A stretch of DNA of 64,000 bases, from positions 3,726,449 to 3,790,448 of the forward strand of contig NW_002060949.1 in assembly GCF_000150275.1 (NCBI RefSeq). Direction: 5' to 3'. Origin of the DNA: Trichoplax adhaerens. Lineage: Eukaryota; Animalia; Placozoa. Below, in pieces: positions 39,134 through 52,405 of this stretch (position 1 is the stretch's first letter; each line of letters begins with the position of its first letter). Under the pieces are notes generated by a model. That model searched no databases. It saw nothing but the letters and a program-made list of their open reading frames with translations, and was not told the DNA's origin. Both the position numbers and the translations under genes were made by a program.

Positions 39134-40718
39134 TAAGATTTTTCTAAAGTTTCTAAATAAAAACGTCAACTCATCGTTCATTCATAGAAAGTTCACTCTG
39201 TTATGTGTAATTGTCCTTTGTACATATTCAAAAAATAGAAAGAATTCTGTAATAGAAATTAACCAAGACAGATCTCGTTTAAAAATTTTGTGTAATCGAT
39301 GATACATTGACGAACGTATACTCTTACTCGTATTGTATTTTAGTTTGAAGCTAGTATTAATAACGGTACTAAATTGTAAATAAAGAGATGAATTATATAA
39401 TTATAGTTCCGCATAAAATACTATACTACGCAATTTTTTGGCCTTTTTCCTTGGTCTCTGTGAATAAAGAATGTGTATACCATACTATCATTCATCTAGC
39501 TATTTATTTCCACAAGCTATTAGACTACATTTAATGATGTCACCCTTATTGCAGGTGATAACGTCTTTGCTTACTCAAATGCATTTTGTACACGTAACTA
39601 CTATGCGTACAATACATACAATATATAACGATCGAAGATGTTATTTAACCAAAACTGTGCTTGCGATATTCCTACGTATACATACTGTACAGTATTAATT
39701 AGATAATTATGTATTAGGACTATATTTCGCTAGCGGTTCATGGTATTTTATTATTCGTAGCACTACTGAAGATATCAATATAACGAAATCATATTGCAGG
39801 TACGGCGTGATATTGTAGGCTAGCGATGTGACCCGTTGGGAATGTTTACCACTCATCAACAATTTCGATGAGCTCAACGGCTGAGACTATGTAATATACA
39901 ATTAGGCTTTCAAGTACAGTATGCTGCAATTATGTTTTCTGTGAGCTGTCGTATTGGTAGCCAACCAGGCAACAGTAAAACTTATAGCCATGCAACAAAT
40001 GGTATCATTCATATACATCCTACATGTAATTTTTGATAAAATCGCTGTTACTGTATTATGCTCAATTTTTTCCAGATAGTAATGCTTAGGTATTATCATA
40101 ACATGTCGTGAATAAGATTTAAAAGATTCACTTTATTTTACTATTCGTATTCGAGCACATACAACAAAGATTAGATAACTTACTGCCAATGAGCATCATT
40201 GTAGAATATTGTACATTGTCCCTGATAACCATATCGCTAGGATTAGAGTATAATTTGTAATGGCCATATCTACCTTTAAACTTACTGCATTGCAAAAAGT
40301 AATATTTAATCACAACATTTTGTTTACATCATGCAAATCGGATTAGAGAAGAAAAATAGAAGCAAAAGTGGACGTATTTACAGAAAATTTTTAACATTTT
40401 TCGTACTCGCGGAACATTAGCATTCGTGCGAAGAGGTTACTGCATCCATACTAGATGGTTGCTTGTGAGATGATCAAAGTTCATTGTAAATAACATTCAG
40501 TTACGCATAAAAGAATAGATTATAGTTCTTAACGGACATATACACTACAGATGTAGTGAGACATATCCTAATTACAACTAGAAGTAATATAGGAAGGTAC
40601 CGTGATGTCAGAGATGGAACGTCATATTAAATTTACGTTTAAATAAGAATGGAGTTAAATTATGAATAAGTGCAAAGTCGCAAAATTATGATCATCCAAA
40701 ATTTGAATTACATCATAA

Positions 40719-43700
40719 CTAGGACATTACAAGATTGACGGTATCAGTATGACCGCTGTTTTTAACCGCTTGTTTTCTAACCAAATAGGCAATACGGAAT
40801 AGCAGCGCCGTTAAGCCCAGTGCAATTAAGTAAATGACAATTTCGATACTATCCATGACGTACGCAACAACCGGTTCATCGTGCTTGATGGTTGCTAATC
40901 CAACTATACATAAAATCATACCAGTAACCGACAAGATAGCAGTTACGACGTTGAGGATAAAAACCACGATAAACTGAAAAATGAATTGGAAGATGAGTTA
41001 GGGTTGTTACTTTATTAAGACTATCTCGATGTATTATTATCTGCGCTAGCATATATAATACAGTCTAAGTGTAATGGCGTATCTGCGCGTCTTAGCTTAC
41101 AATATAATATAGAGAGAACTAATATTTTATCACGTATTTTTTACACTGCAACGTGCAGAAGATATAGTATAGTAAGGGCTCCATTTGCGTCGTTAACGTA
41201 TGATGTTTTGAGATCGATAATATGGGTACAATTTTCATTATCGTCATATTGTCATAATACTAACATTAATGTTTACAGTAGGATAGAAAATATTCAAAAT
41301 ACTGTCTTTAAATTTAAAATCTTTATTACACTGTAGCTAAGACTCATGAATAATAATAACGAGTGCATACCATCCAAGCTGGAGGCAAAGTTTCATCTTT
41401 GAGGGTTTTCATTCCAGTGAATCCAGTAATGAGAATCTAAAGATAGGATGAATTCATTGTTTATTTATATAAAATGATTATGATCGATTTGTTCGTTGAT
41501 TCATTAAAATACCATAAAACGGATAAAATTTGCATCACAGATCTTATAGAACCGAGCAATTTCAGTTTAGTTGATAACTGCGGTTAAAAGGTTACTATTG
41601 CGTAATTTCGCGATACTAGACACTAATACCGTAGGTGAAGTAATGTGATCATAAACTGAAGATCCATCTACTAGTTCACATGGCTTCAAACTCAATGGAT
41701 CGGTACTAACAGTCAATTAGTAGGAATTGGATATAAATCCAGTATCGGCAAGGTCGGACCGAATCCTGTTCAGATGTTATTATTGATGTCCAATTGAATT
41801 TATTTTTTTTATCTTTCCTCTTCCTAGATTACTTTTTCTTTCGAAGTGCACGGCATACAGTACAACATTGGTTATAGTACCGTCCTATATACTAATTTTT
41901 GGCTATCGCATGGCTGCTAGAGAACGAGCATTTAATGCGCAGTACTGTACACACAAAAGGGGGAAATGGAGATTACGGTGCCGGGATGACTAATTTTAAG
42001 AGGCAATTTTTTCTTCATCATTGCCTTCAGTTCCTTCGGCACTGTACACTATCATAGACTCCTCAAAATGCCTACTTATAGCTATTTTTAGTAGTCTAGA
42101 ACAGAGTATCTCATCTTGAATACAGTTAGAATGACAGTAAAGTTGAAAACGGTAATACTGTACCGTGCCAGCTAGTTTTTGACCTTTTTTTCCCGTTGGG
42201 GAAATAGTACAAAATTAACTGGTAGTAGTTCCCGGATAACATGGTTCGGTCAATGTCGGTCATATATATGAAAAACGATACACTACTATACTGCCCTCGA
42301 TTCCCATCGCAACTTAGCAGCTTGGTTGATTTTGTAAAGTATGGTATACGGTTTCAGTGATAGCGTATGGTGAAATGAGGGGGGGGGGGGGGAAAGTAGT
42401 CAGCCTTTCATTATTTTGTACTGAATAGTCAGCCATTGCCTGTTTGTTCTTCTCTTTCCTTATAAAAAAAAAGTTGCTGGTACGATCATGGACTACTACT
42501 ACGGTCGATGCACCAGCACTTGTTATTTGCTGTAGAAGTCCACAGCTGGTACACTACTGTCTAGTACAGTATGGCAGAGCGATTGCGGTTGCACCGGGTG
42601 TTATAAAGGTAAAAATATGGTAAACAAATAAAGTAATGCAGTTGTCAAGCTTTTGAATATACAAGTACAGTATGTTAATTTGCATGCGAATAGAAAGAAA
42701 TTGTTAACATATATAGTACAGTACAATGGAATAGTACTGAATAAGTGAATATCTTGATGACAACANNNNNNNNNNNNNNNNNNNNNNNNNNNNNNNNNNN
42801 NNNNNNNNNNNNNNNTACAAAAGTAGCAATTCGCAGTGCGGTATTCTCGTTCATGGATCAATCATGGAGTAGTGACTATCTTATAGGCTGTTTACGGTTA
42901 TCCTCTATCACGGAGCGAATCTTGTACTACCATAAAAGAGTTACCAGTTTGGTAAAATTATACCCCATAGGCAATACGGTCTAGTACTTCATCAATAAGG
43001 ATATTCATCTATCCCGGAGAAAATAGGTCTTATTGTCTTTCCTTATTTGTAAGGCAATATCAAGGTACTTCTCTTTTACCACAAATTCAATACACAACGA
43101 GTATGAGTATTTTAGAGAAAAATATTCATCCTAATGATATTGATCGCAACACAATTGTACATCGAACTATGATGCTGTCAAGGAGTTGTTTCATGTTACT
43201 TATGGCACATACAGTAGAGTAGTCTCCTCGACAGTAAGCTTCTTGAATGGGCAAAAAGCCAATACTCTACATTGTACTGTATTCCACTAGACCCCAATTT
43301 AAAAAAATTTTTCGGATTCCATGATACTACAGTAGTTCAATGGCGTTGCAATAATTCATGGACACGATATCGCGCAGGAAACATGCGAAATCTCCATGCA
43401 ACTATAACGCCGGAAAGAGATGTTTCATGTTATTTATAGTACTGTACTGTCCATAGTCTTGAAAGGTCCGCTTCTTGAATAGCGGCAATTTCTTTGTGAG
43501 ATAAGACAACAAAATACCGTAGTAATATTAATATAGTCAACCACATGCTCGTGGTAAGTAATGGCATGTTTGGAATCAACTTCCTGCTCTGCCAAACTGA
43601 ATTGTTACTACCAATTGCAAACTTGATCGTTCTGAATTTTGTAGCGCAATTGGAAAGAAGGCAAACAAACTGAGTGTAAAGTCCATTCTACATTATTAAA

Positions 43701-44238
43701 CAACAAGCAGTCAATATTGTGGCTGGTACTTTAAAGTTTGGGTAACTGCCAAAATACAACCATGTAGTACAAAATACACTACTTCCAATTTGGTTTAATT
43801 AAATAATAATAATAATACCATTACTACTTATAGTATAGCAAAGTCAAAATTGAGTTTCTCCGAGGAAATCATTTGGTCATTCACACTTTTTCCTCAAGGA
43901 AATTATTCAATCGCCGCTGTACTTTGTCACTTGCTATACCGCACAGCTACGTTCAAAGACCATTCAACGCTTTTCAACTTGAATAATAATATTAATTCAT
44001 CTTTGGTTTAATCTTACGATACTATACTTCAACTTACAAATCCACCAGCCCAAAATAGATGATAATGTAAATCGGTAGTAATAGGAACTTTTGTACCATC
44101 GCCAGTGATGTGTTCACCTAAACCTAAAGCCAGTAGGGCGATACCGGCAAGAGTTAATACCAAACACATTCTGGAAACTTTCTGAAACGAAGGAAGACCC
44201 TTGGTCGGTGGTTGCTGTTCATTTTCGTTTTCCGCCAT
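40719..44238 (-). CDS. CD20/MS4A-like tetraspan protein B, 3 (possibly 4) exons, ~173 aa
   Basis: Exons 44238-44038 (..YHLFWAGGF|gtaagt), 41436-41371 (ILITGFTGMKT..W), 40973-40719 (two TM helices). The 3' end is uncertain: possible donor after 40731. Confidence 0.8.
42766..42815. other. Assembly gap (50 N) in intron 1 of gene B
   Basis: Run of n. Confidence 0.99.
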
Positions 44239-44486
44239 CGTACTATCAACAAGGCTACTTTATGATTTGATACAACTGCGAGACTTTTACCACTAAGATC
44301 AGGTCAATTCTAACGTACAATAGTCACAACTGTAGTAATCCAATGTACAAGGTAATTCCACCAATTTTTCAAATTCTACAAATTAATCACTGGCGATTAA
44401 CCAAACGTAAATAAAACGCGGACTCTGGTCGTGGCCAAAGTTATAAATAAACGATTTAGCACGTTGTGCAATAGCACGTCTGCTGG

Positions 44487-44702
44487 TACCGTACAGTACC
44501 GTACAGTACAATGCACATTCCTTGGACCTCGCTGATTGTACTGTAGCCAAATGGAAAGTGAATGGAACTGTACTGTCGAGCACAGTACTTCCGAATTTTC
44601 TTGATAGGACTACTGTACACTGTACACTGTAGGGCAGAGACAGACTACCGTGCGGACAGACGACAGCATAGTGCACATACTGTACTATACTGTACTGTAT
44701 TG
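44487..44702. promoter_or_regulatory. TACAGTA/TACTGTA-rich region upstream of tetraspan gene B
   Basis: gtaccgtacagtaccgtacagtaca, tactgtacactgtacactgt, tactgtactatactgtactgta, 250-460 bp 5' of the ATG at 44238. Confidence 0.4.
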
Positions 44703-47700
44703 TGAAAAAAAATGAGACAAAATGATCACCACGACACTGCCATCAATCGCTGCGATATCGGATTACGCCCTCTTTTGAATTAATGTCACCATGTTGTTCT
44801 TTCCCACAATCGCCAGTGATTACCAGTGATCCTTTTTTTGTCAGTGTGGTGATGCACCCATATTTGATTATAACGATAGCTAGATTTGATATGCTGTAGT
44901 TCGGTTATTGTGAATCGATGTTATCGCGAAGCTAATATTCGATGATTGCCAACGACAGTACTATCGTAGAAATTGTGGATGACTAATATTAGCCAATGGA
45001 CTAATTATGGTACAAAATTGATGTGGCTAGAAACACTGTAGTGGTTAAGATGCCCTTGGGAGAAAGGGACTAGACTTGAATAGGAGAGTAGTGACATCTT
45101 AAGTAGAATGATTTACATTGTAAAAGATAATGATCTACTATTTGAGAAAGGTATTTTGTTTGATGATTCATGTTCACGCTGCTTGGACTGTACATTAATC
45201 AGGTGGTCAGAAATGGATTGAACGAAATGGATATATAATATAGAACATATACATGTACATTATTGTACAGTACAGTCAGTAAGAACTGCAGAGATGAGCT
45301 TACAGCACAGTACAGTAAGAACTGAAGAGATGATTTCATGAGAGAAAAGAGACTTCACTTCGCTTTGAGCTTGGAATGCTGCCAATAGTAGACTAGATTC
45401 TTGTAGCAATTAATAATTGCCTTACTATTCCTAAAATCTTGTAATAAAAGCCTTTTAGAGAATACTATTTGACTAAGATTGTTATTTTGAGACACTTTTA
45501 TTCTACTCAGGTATTTGCTGTTCACAACATAATCCACCACTAGTATGCTTACTATCGATAGAATACAGTACATTGCAATATATTTTACTTCATATTGGAC
45601 CAATACTGTATTTTATTTTAGCAAATCGTCGCTTGCCTGGTGTACACGGTGGTTGGAAAGGCATTGAATATTAGAAATCGACTTTATCAGTATGCAAATG
45701 ATGAAGCATGGTCAAGTAGCCCTTCTTAAGTCTTCGATTTTGTGCCTCTTACTTATGAAATAACTTAGATTGTCATCTCTCTCTCTTATTATGGTCTCTA
45801 AAATAATGCAGATCTTTCAGAGCTTGGCTAATTAATACAGTGCCATAATAAATGTATGAAAAATTCATTTCTAATGTATAATTAGGATATCAAATATCAA
45901 ATGACTTTCCTCACACCCTGTACTCTATACTATCAACTGTTCTACGTTATGACATGGTTATGCAATCGACTCGTAAAAGAATTGCGCAAGTGCAAGTACC
46001 TGAATGATGTCGCACCAAGGACTGTGTATACGTTATAATACACAGTAGTCAAATAATATGAAATAAAACAAATCAGTAAGATAGGCCTTCATGAATAAAT
46101 ATGCTGGAAGTAAATTATAATTAACGGAATGAAATCATTAAACTATACTTTGTAACTTAGTCCTTGAGGATAAGATTGAAAGAACATTTTCTGAAGAGAA
46201 ATATGCATATCCATTGCTATCCTATATTATAAATGTCTACGCATTTATATTATATATATATAACATAACATATACAAATATGTACTGTATACAAGTCGCA
46301 TACAGAGACATGTTACGGTATGTGCAAAAATATAGTAAATACGTCGGTAGTACTTGGTCTGAGTTGGAGGCTCCGACAACGGCTGGTATTACCTTATAGA
46401 TATTCTGAGCGTATGATGGAATGATTAGTATTAGCTCTATTCAATAACATTTTATCCATAATGCTATTGCTTTACAAGGATTAATAATAGAATTATAAGT
46501 TAGCGCTCCTTATACAGACTTAGGCTCATATGCTGAATAACGCGGCAATGCAAAATTAGTTGTTGCGTTCAAAATTTATTGTATTATTACGCGTAATCTT
46601 TAAACGCTTATAGTAGAAGGAAAAGCAAGCTGATATCTCAATTTTCCACTGTTGAAATCTTGGACTGCAACCACTTTATAATGGGTATTACGATCAATAC
46701 ATTAGCCATGAAAATATGAATATGCAGTAATTACTAATGCTGGTATATCAACTTCAGTAATATATAGAATAGCGGAATTTAAGAGTTTAACTCAATTTCC
46801 AGCACATACGTAATTAAGGCTAGAGAAATTTATAATTATACAATAGAACGACTTATTTGGATATGAATATGATAAATGACAATGATCACAGGAAAGATAT
46901 GAGTAATATAAAGCATACTATTCCATTAATCTAAAATAGGCGAACGGAAATTTTACTAGTTTTTGGCTTAATATAATACGCGAAAGCTCAGATACGAGAT
47001 CGTAACTTAAAACTCAAATTATGCTCATATATCTCCTCGTATTTACGATGTAGCGAACAAATTTTACTGTAAGTTTCTAAGATATCAACTCCTTGCATGC
47101 TCCGTTGAAATGCAGCAGGCATTTGCTTGAAGCTAATTTTAAATCAAGTAATTAGCCACATCTCTACTGTCTCTCATATCGCTATCATCGAGTAATTAAT
47201 TTTGTTAATTTCCATAGATCTTCATACATTAAAAGTTTAACCATCTGGATACCATATCGCATGTTCTTCAAAATTATAATTATCACTGCAACCTATAAGG
47301 GTATGTTCAAATCTAGTAACGCTTATTATGATATAATGATACTAAAAATAGATAATTCTTAACGGAGTAGTACAGTTTAAGATATAGATCTATATAACTA
47401 TTGTCATATTTTGTAGTCTATAAATGCAGGTATGTGATGATAGGGTTTTTAACCCTTAATTTTATACAAACAAAGTGAATAGTAGAGGTACGCGATTTAA
47501 TCATGCCAGCTTACCCGATACTTATTTTATTGTCAACAACCGATTATTCTACGTTACATAATGCTTTTACTTCATACTAACCTTATATTCTTCAATAACT
47601 CAACTACTGTGATCAGCTGAAATCTCTATAAAGAATACAGTCAAGAAAAATATTATTTCCATACTTTACTAACTACGTATACAGCAATCATTCAGCAATG

Positions 47701-49915
47701 CATTGTATAGATACTATTGCTATTGTAAACGATTAGTAAAAATGATTCTTAACTCTGATAAACACTTATCCTAATTTAACCGATTTGTGTTGATCCAATT
47801 GGACATGAAGTAATAATTGTATATACGTAATACTAGAGTGTCAGATTTCAATTAGAATTTAACTACAGTACGTTGATAAGGTACTTTCAAGAGTTAATCT
47901 TCATTTTGATATCCTTTATTACCGTACTTCAGCGGATTATTAATCACCCATTGACAAGAAGAGCAATAAAAGTAATTTTTATAGCCAAACAAAAGTTAAA
48001 AGTTGCTAGATTCCTAATAAATGATCATTATCTACTTATCTCATCTTAAATAATGACACTAGAATTGAGTCATGCTGTTAATATAGGCCACTGGGAGTGA
48101 TTGCATTAAATGAACTCGCTTGAAGTATCACTAATTTGAAAGCGCTGTATTCTTTAGATAAAAAGTGATCCACTAAAATTCATAATATTACGAATAAAAT
48201 TGTTAGAAATGGTCTTGAGTCGTTTGACAATCTAGAGCAGAGCATTTTATTTTAGAGTAAATATGCAATATTTTGGATGAAGATGTTAGAGATCAAAATT
48301 TTGGTATCTTTATTACTATTATCAGTAATATGTACTAGAAAAGCATAATCATATGTAATAAATGAATATGCTTTCTAAGTTAAACTTATCATAAATCTAT
48401 GCCAAGAATATAAGCGAAAGAAGCTTCTCATCTTCGATTAATTATAATACGACAATTAGATTTTAGATTTTGAATATATCTCTAGTTTGAACAATTACTA
48501 CGCTATTCTACGAGTATAGTGTCATTCTTAGAATTCTATCGCAGTAGCCCTTCATTAAGTAATGCGGTACTAAATCCTAATGTTACTGCTCGTCCCTTTC
48601 TTACCGCTGTTTTACAGTAATCTGGCTCATATTTTTTTACAACAGAATATATTCACTTGACGTAGTTAGTCTGCCACAATATGAAATAGGTCAGAGCTCG
48701 GTCATATTAGAAAATTAGTGATCTACCAAAGCTGAATAACTCTTAAACTGAAAGCACAATACTTTACTGATAGATATCAATATGAAATGGAGGACATGTC
48801 CGAATATTGAATTTGTGAGATGCCTCAATTACCATCTTTAGTTCGGTACTGGCATTTGTTCAATTTGCAGTCAAGTTGTAGAAATGTTAAGTATATATAT
48901 GCATACAAAACTGTATTTATGGTCATATACAATTTACTCGCTACTAAAATACCGAACACATGATGGTTGCCTTCTTGTGATTATGGTTTAAATTACTGTA
49001 AGAATGATAATATTCATCTCATGGAATGAATCAAGATTGATAAATTAACGACTTACGAAATTACTGAAACAGCTACATTTATCGCTAATCTCAATAGATA
49101 TGGTATAAAATTCTTATCAATATTGATAAATAAGTAAATATTCACTAAACTGAACTAGAAACTAGTATATTACAGTACTACTATATTGATAGCTATGATA
49201 GATTTTAAGTGACCTGCATTGTTTACTTACTATATCACAAATAATCACACCTTGTAATATAGTTTGCTATATTCCTTGCAGACTTAACTATAATAATCAA
49301 AAGGAGGTAATCGCTAATAAAATCGCCCTAAAGCTTTATTGGATCTCTTGTCGTTGTGAGATTAAAAGCGATTTTATTTAATGTTGTATTGTACTCTCTC
49401 TAACAACATTGATGAAGAGTTAAAGATTAGATTTTATAGTAATGAAAAATGGTGAATATTAAATCAGACAGCCTTAGATTTATTTTTTCCTCTTCAAATT
49501 TTTACTAAATAGCTTGTAATTAGATCAGTATGCGGGGAAATTTATGACAGTATGATGTTTTATTATGCATTAAAATTAAGAAATAAAGGTACCGTTGGCT
49601 TCGGGCTTCCTACGTTCGTTCTTTGTATTCCATTGCCTTTCATTTAAATAACAATACTGAACCAGTTTTGTATTTGTATTTGCCAGACAACAAATAAATA
49701 ATTATAATATTGCAACAATGTATGATGGCATTATATATTTTTGCCGTTAGAAGTATAGCGTAAGATATGTAGAAAATAATCAACGTTAGCGATTATCAAA
49801 CTAATCAAAAGCAGCAATTATTTAACTAGTATACCCGTATGAAAAAAACTCAGCAGAAGATACCTCGAATGTTATAATTTCCAATTCTGTTAACAGTCTA
49901 TATTAACAGGTTGCA

Positions 49916-52405
49916 ATGGCAGTTAAATTTAAAAATTTATATCACTATGGCTATATTTCCAATCACCATTACGTTATGACGTTATTAGTGGTTTTGCTTT
50001 TACTAAATGGTGTAGCGAGTGTTATTATTGGAGGTTTTAGCATCGCATCTGAACAATATTATACCCTAGGTGCCAGAATTTCCGCTCCTATTTGGTGTGG
50101 AATAGCCGTAAGTAATCCATGATCGTGTAATATTTCTTCTATCGCATTCTTTTAAGATGAAAGATAACTGAGTAAACAGTTTTTCTTGATCAATAATCGA
50201 CATATACCCGCAGATTTTATCGCATTGATTCCTGTAAGGAACTGTTTTTCACTTACCGTACAAATTTTCTATAGCTACCATTAAATACACCGGTAAATAG
50301 TATAAGTCCTTAAAGTCTTATTTAGTTAATAACTGTGGTATAGTACAACAGCGAAATGCTATTTCATTAATATCGGATAAGTTATGTCCTACGTGCTAGT
50401 GAGTCTTTAATATTTTCAAGCGATAGTACACGGATAACTTTAGATTACTAGTATGCGAATATAAATCCTTTCTACCACGCATTATTTCTATACCTTTGCC
50501 TACAGCGAGTATAAGATATGTTCTCTTATTGATAAATTTCTCAAATATACGCATATGTCAACACGATTGATGCCGCCTAAGCTAACCAGAACTCAGTTCT
50601 TACCATTTCATGTCCAATGGTACCGTAGCGCTTTTTTTACTTGCATACCGGATCGTTGCCTATTTGTGATCTACGAGATAATTGCTGTTGGGAATCTCTT
50701 ATACTATATAGGGCTTCGTCACATCTACGTATCCACCGTCGTTTTCAGTTATATAGGTCATAATCGTTATTTGTGAATACATTTTTCTACGTACTTTATC
50801 TACCCGTATGCAATACGCATTACACTAATCGGGTTCCTTAATTATGTGAAATTAACTGTACAATAGCATTCCTTACCTTACAGTATATGATCGTAAATAA
50901 TCAAATTTCACGAAGCAATGCTAATCATTTAACTTTTCCATGATAAGTTACGCACTGTATACTTCAGGCCGTAGAGAAAGACTGGTCATCCACCGACCCA
51001 AATATTCTCTTATAAATCGGGCGATCTAGCAATGTAACATTAATGAAAGTATTTTGCCAACTTGATAAAGATTGTACTAACAGGCAGTCCTTTGTTCCAA
51101 TTAAACATACACCGTTAAATTTATATAAAGCTAATTAATATTGAAACGTTACAAGATTATATTATATATTACCTTCACGGATTTGTAATCTGGTGATGAA
51201 ACTGATTTGCTATATCTTCGCTAGATAGCTGGATATAATATCAGTACTTTTGTCAATTTTTTCTATTAGGTTACTCTTTCTGGAATCTCTGGACTGTTGA
51301 ATTTGTGTTATCGCGATAGTATTGCACACGTAAGTTAGCATCATGCTTACTTCACAATAGCTCAGGATAAAGTGATTAATTTACTAGTTTATTGTTACAA
51401 AGGCTTCCAAAGCTAATAATAAGTCTAATCTCTTGCGAATACGTGCCATTTATATTTTACAAAGAAATGTATCTAGCATAAGTTAATAATTTTTTAACTA
51501 CCAATAAAGCCAATCGTAGAACCAGAGCACTTAGTCTTGTAGTTTACTTATGCCAGTTCTACGCTAATTTTTTATTATTACTGGCGGTTTGACGTAGTGA
51601 AAACAGTACAGAGTACTGGTCTCCTATGAATATTGTCCTTTGCTATGTAGAATTTTATTCAAATTTGATAAAGAGAATTTTAGTTTTACATCTAATGTTA
51701 ATTCTGAACTCTTAAAATCTGTAGTTACTCATTATTTATGTACTGTATGAATTTAGACCAAATGGTTTTATGGACTCTCTATCTTTGCTGCGGTTACTAA
51801 TGCTTTCGGTTTGGTAACTCTATTTTTGGGTATTGGTTTCCATAGCCCATTCAATATTGCAGCGGATGTTTTGATCGGAGTTGGATTTTTATTATCTGTT
51901 ACAACTGCTTTAATGATCGGCTGTGGGGTTTATTGCTACCGTGATGACTTAGTAAGTTAGATTTAAGGCTGCTTGGATCATTGAAAGACATAGTGATGTT
52001 AATATAATAGTCAACGACCAGTTAAGGCATGAATTTCATATTTTTGGAGTGATTTACCAATAACGTTAATTGTAAAATTTGATTAAAGCACTGATATCGT
52101 ACTAAAATATGCTTTTCATTAATAGTCTTTAATTCAAAAAGGGACCTGGGCTAGCATAAATCATAGCTTAGCTTATAGAAAGATGGGTCAAGATATATAC
52201 GATGATGCCAATTACAGGATAGGTAAATTAAAATATAATAAACTAATTGATGCACTTCATAAAAGTTGAGACGCATTTACATATACTGAAATACGATATA
52301 ATTTCTAAAATATTATGCAAAAGAAGCTTAAATAATCTCTGTATCTTAATTTATATACCAGAGGTTCGAAAGTCAGGCAAGATCATCGAAAAGTCCGAGT
52401 TTTAA
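49916..52405 (+). CDS. CD20/MS4A-like tetraspan protein C, 4-5 exons, ~195 aa
   Basis: Exons 49916-50107 (..SAPIWCGIA|gtaagt), 51270-51329 (VTLSGISGLL..), 51757-51951 (two TM), 52126-52222, then 52362-52405 (alternatively exon 4 reads through to a stop at 52269). Tail contains AYRKMGQDIYDDANY. Confidence 0.82.

Noticed and set aside
38926-39181. Overlapping 73-aa and 82-aa ORFs in the duplicated segment
   Set aside because: Not preserved in the other copy; no motifs.
44383-44676. 97-aa ORF (also 15452-15730 and 22718-22900)
   Set aside because: Translations rich in Y/S/T/V/Q/C arise from TACAG-type repeats.
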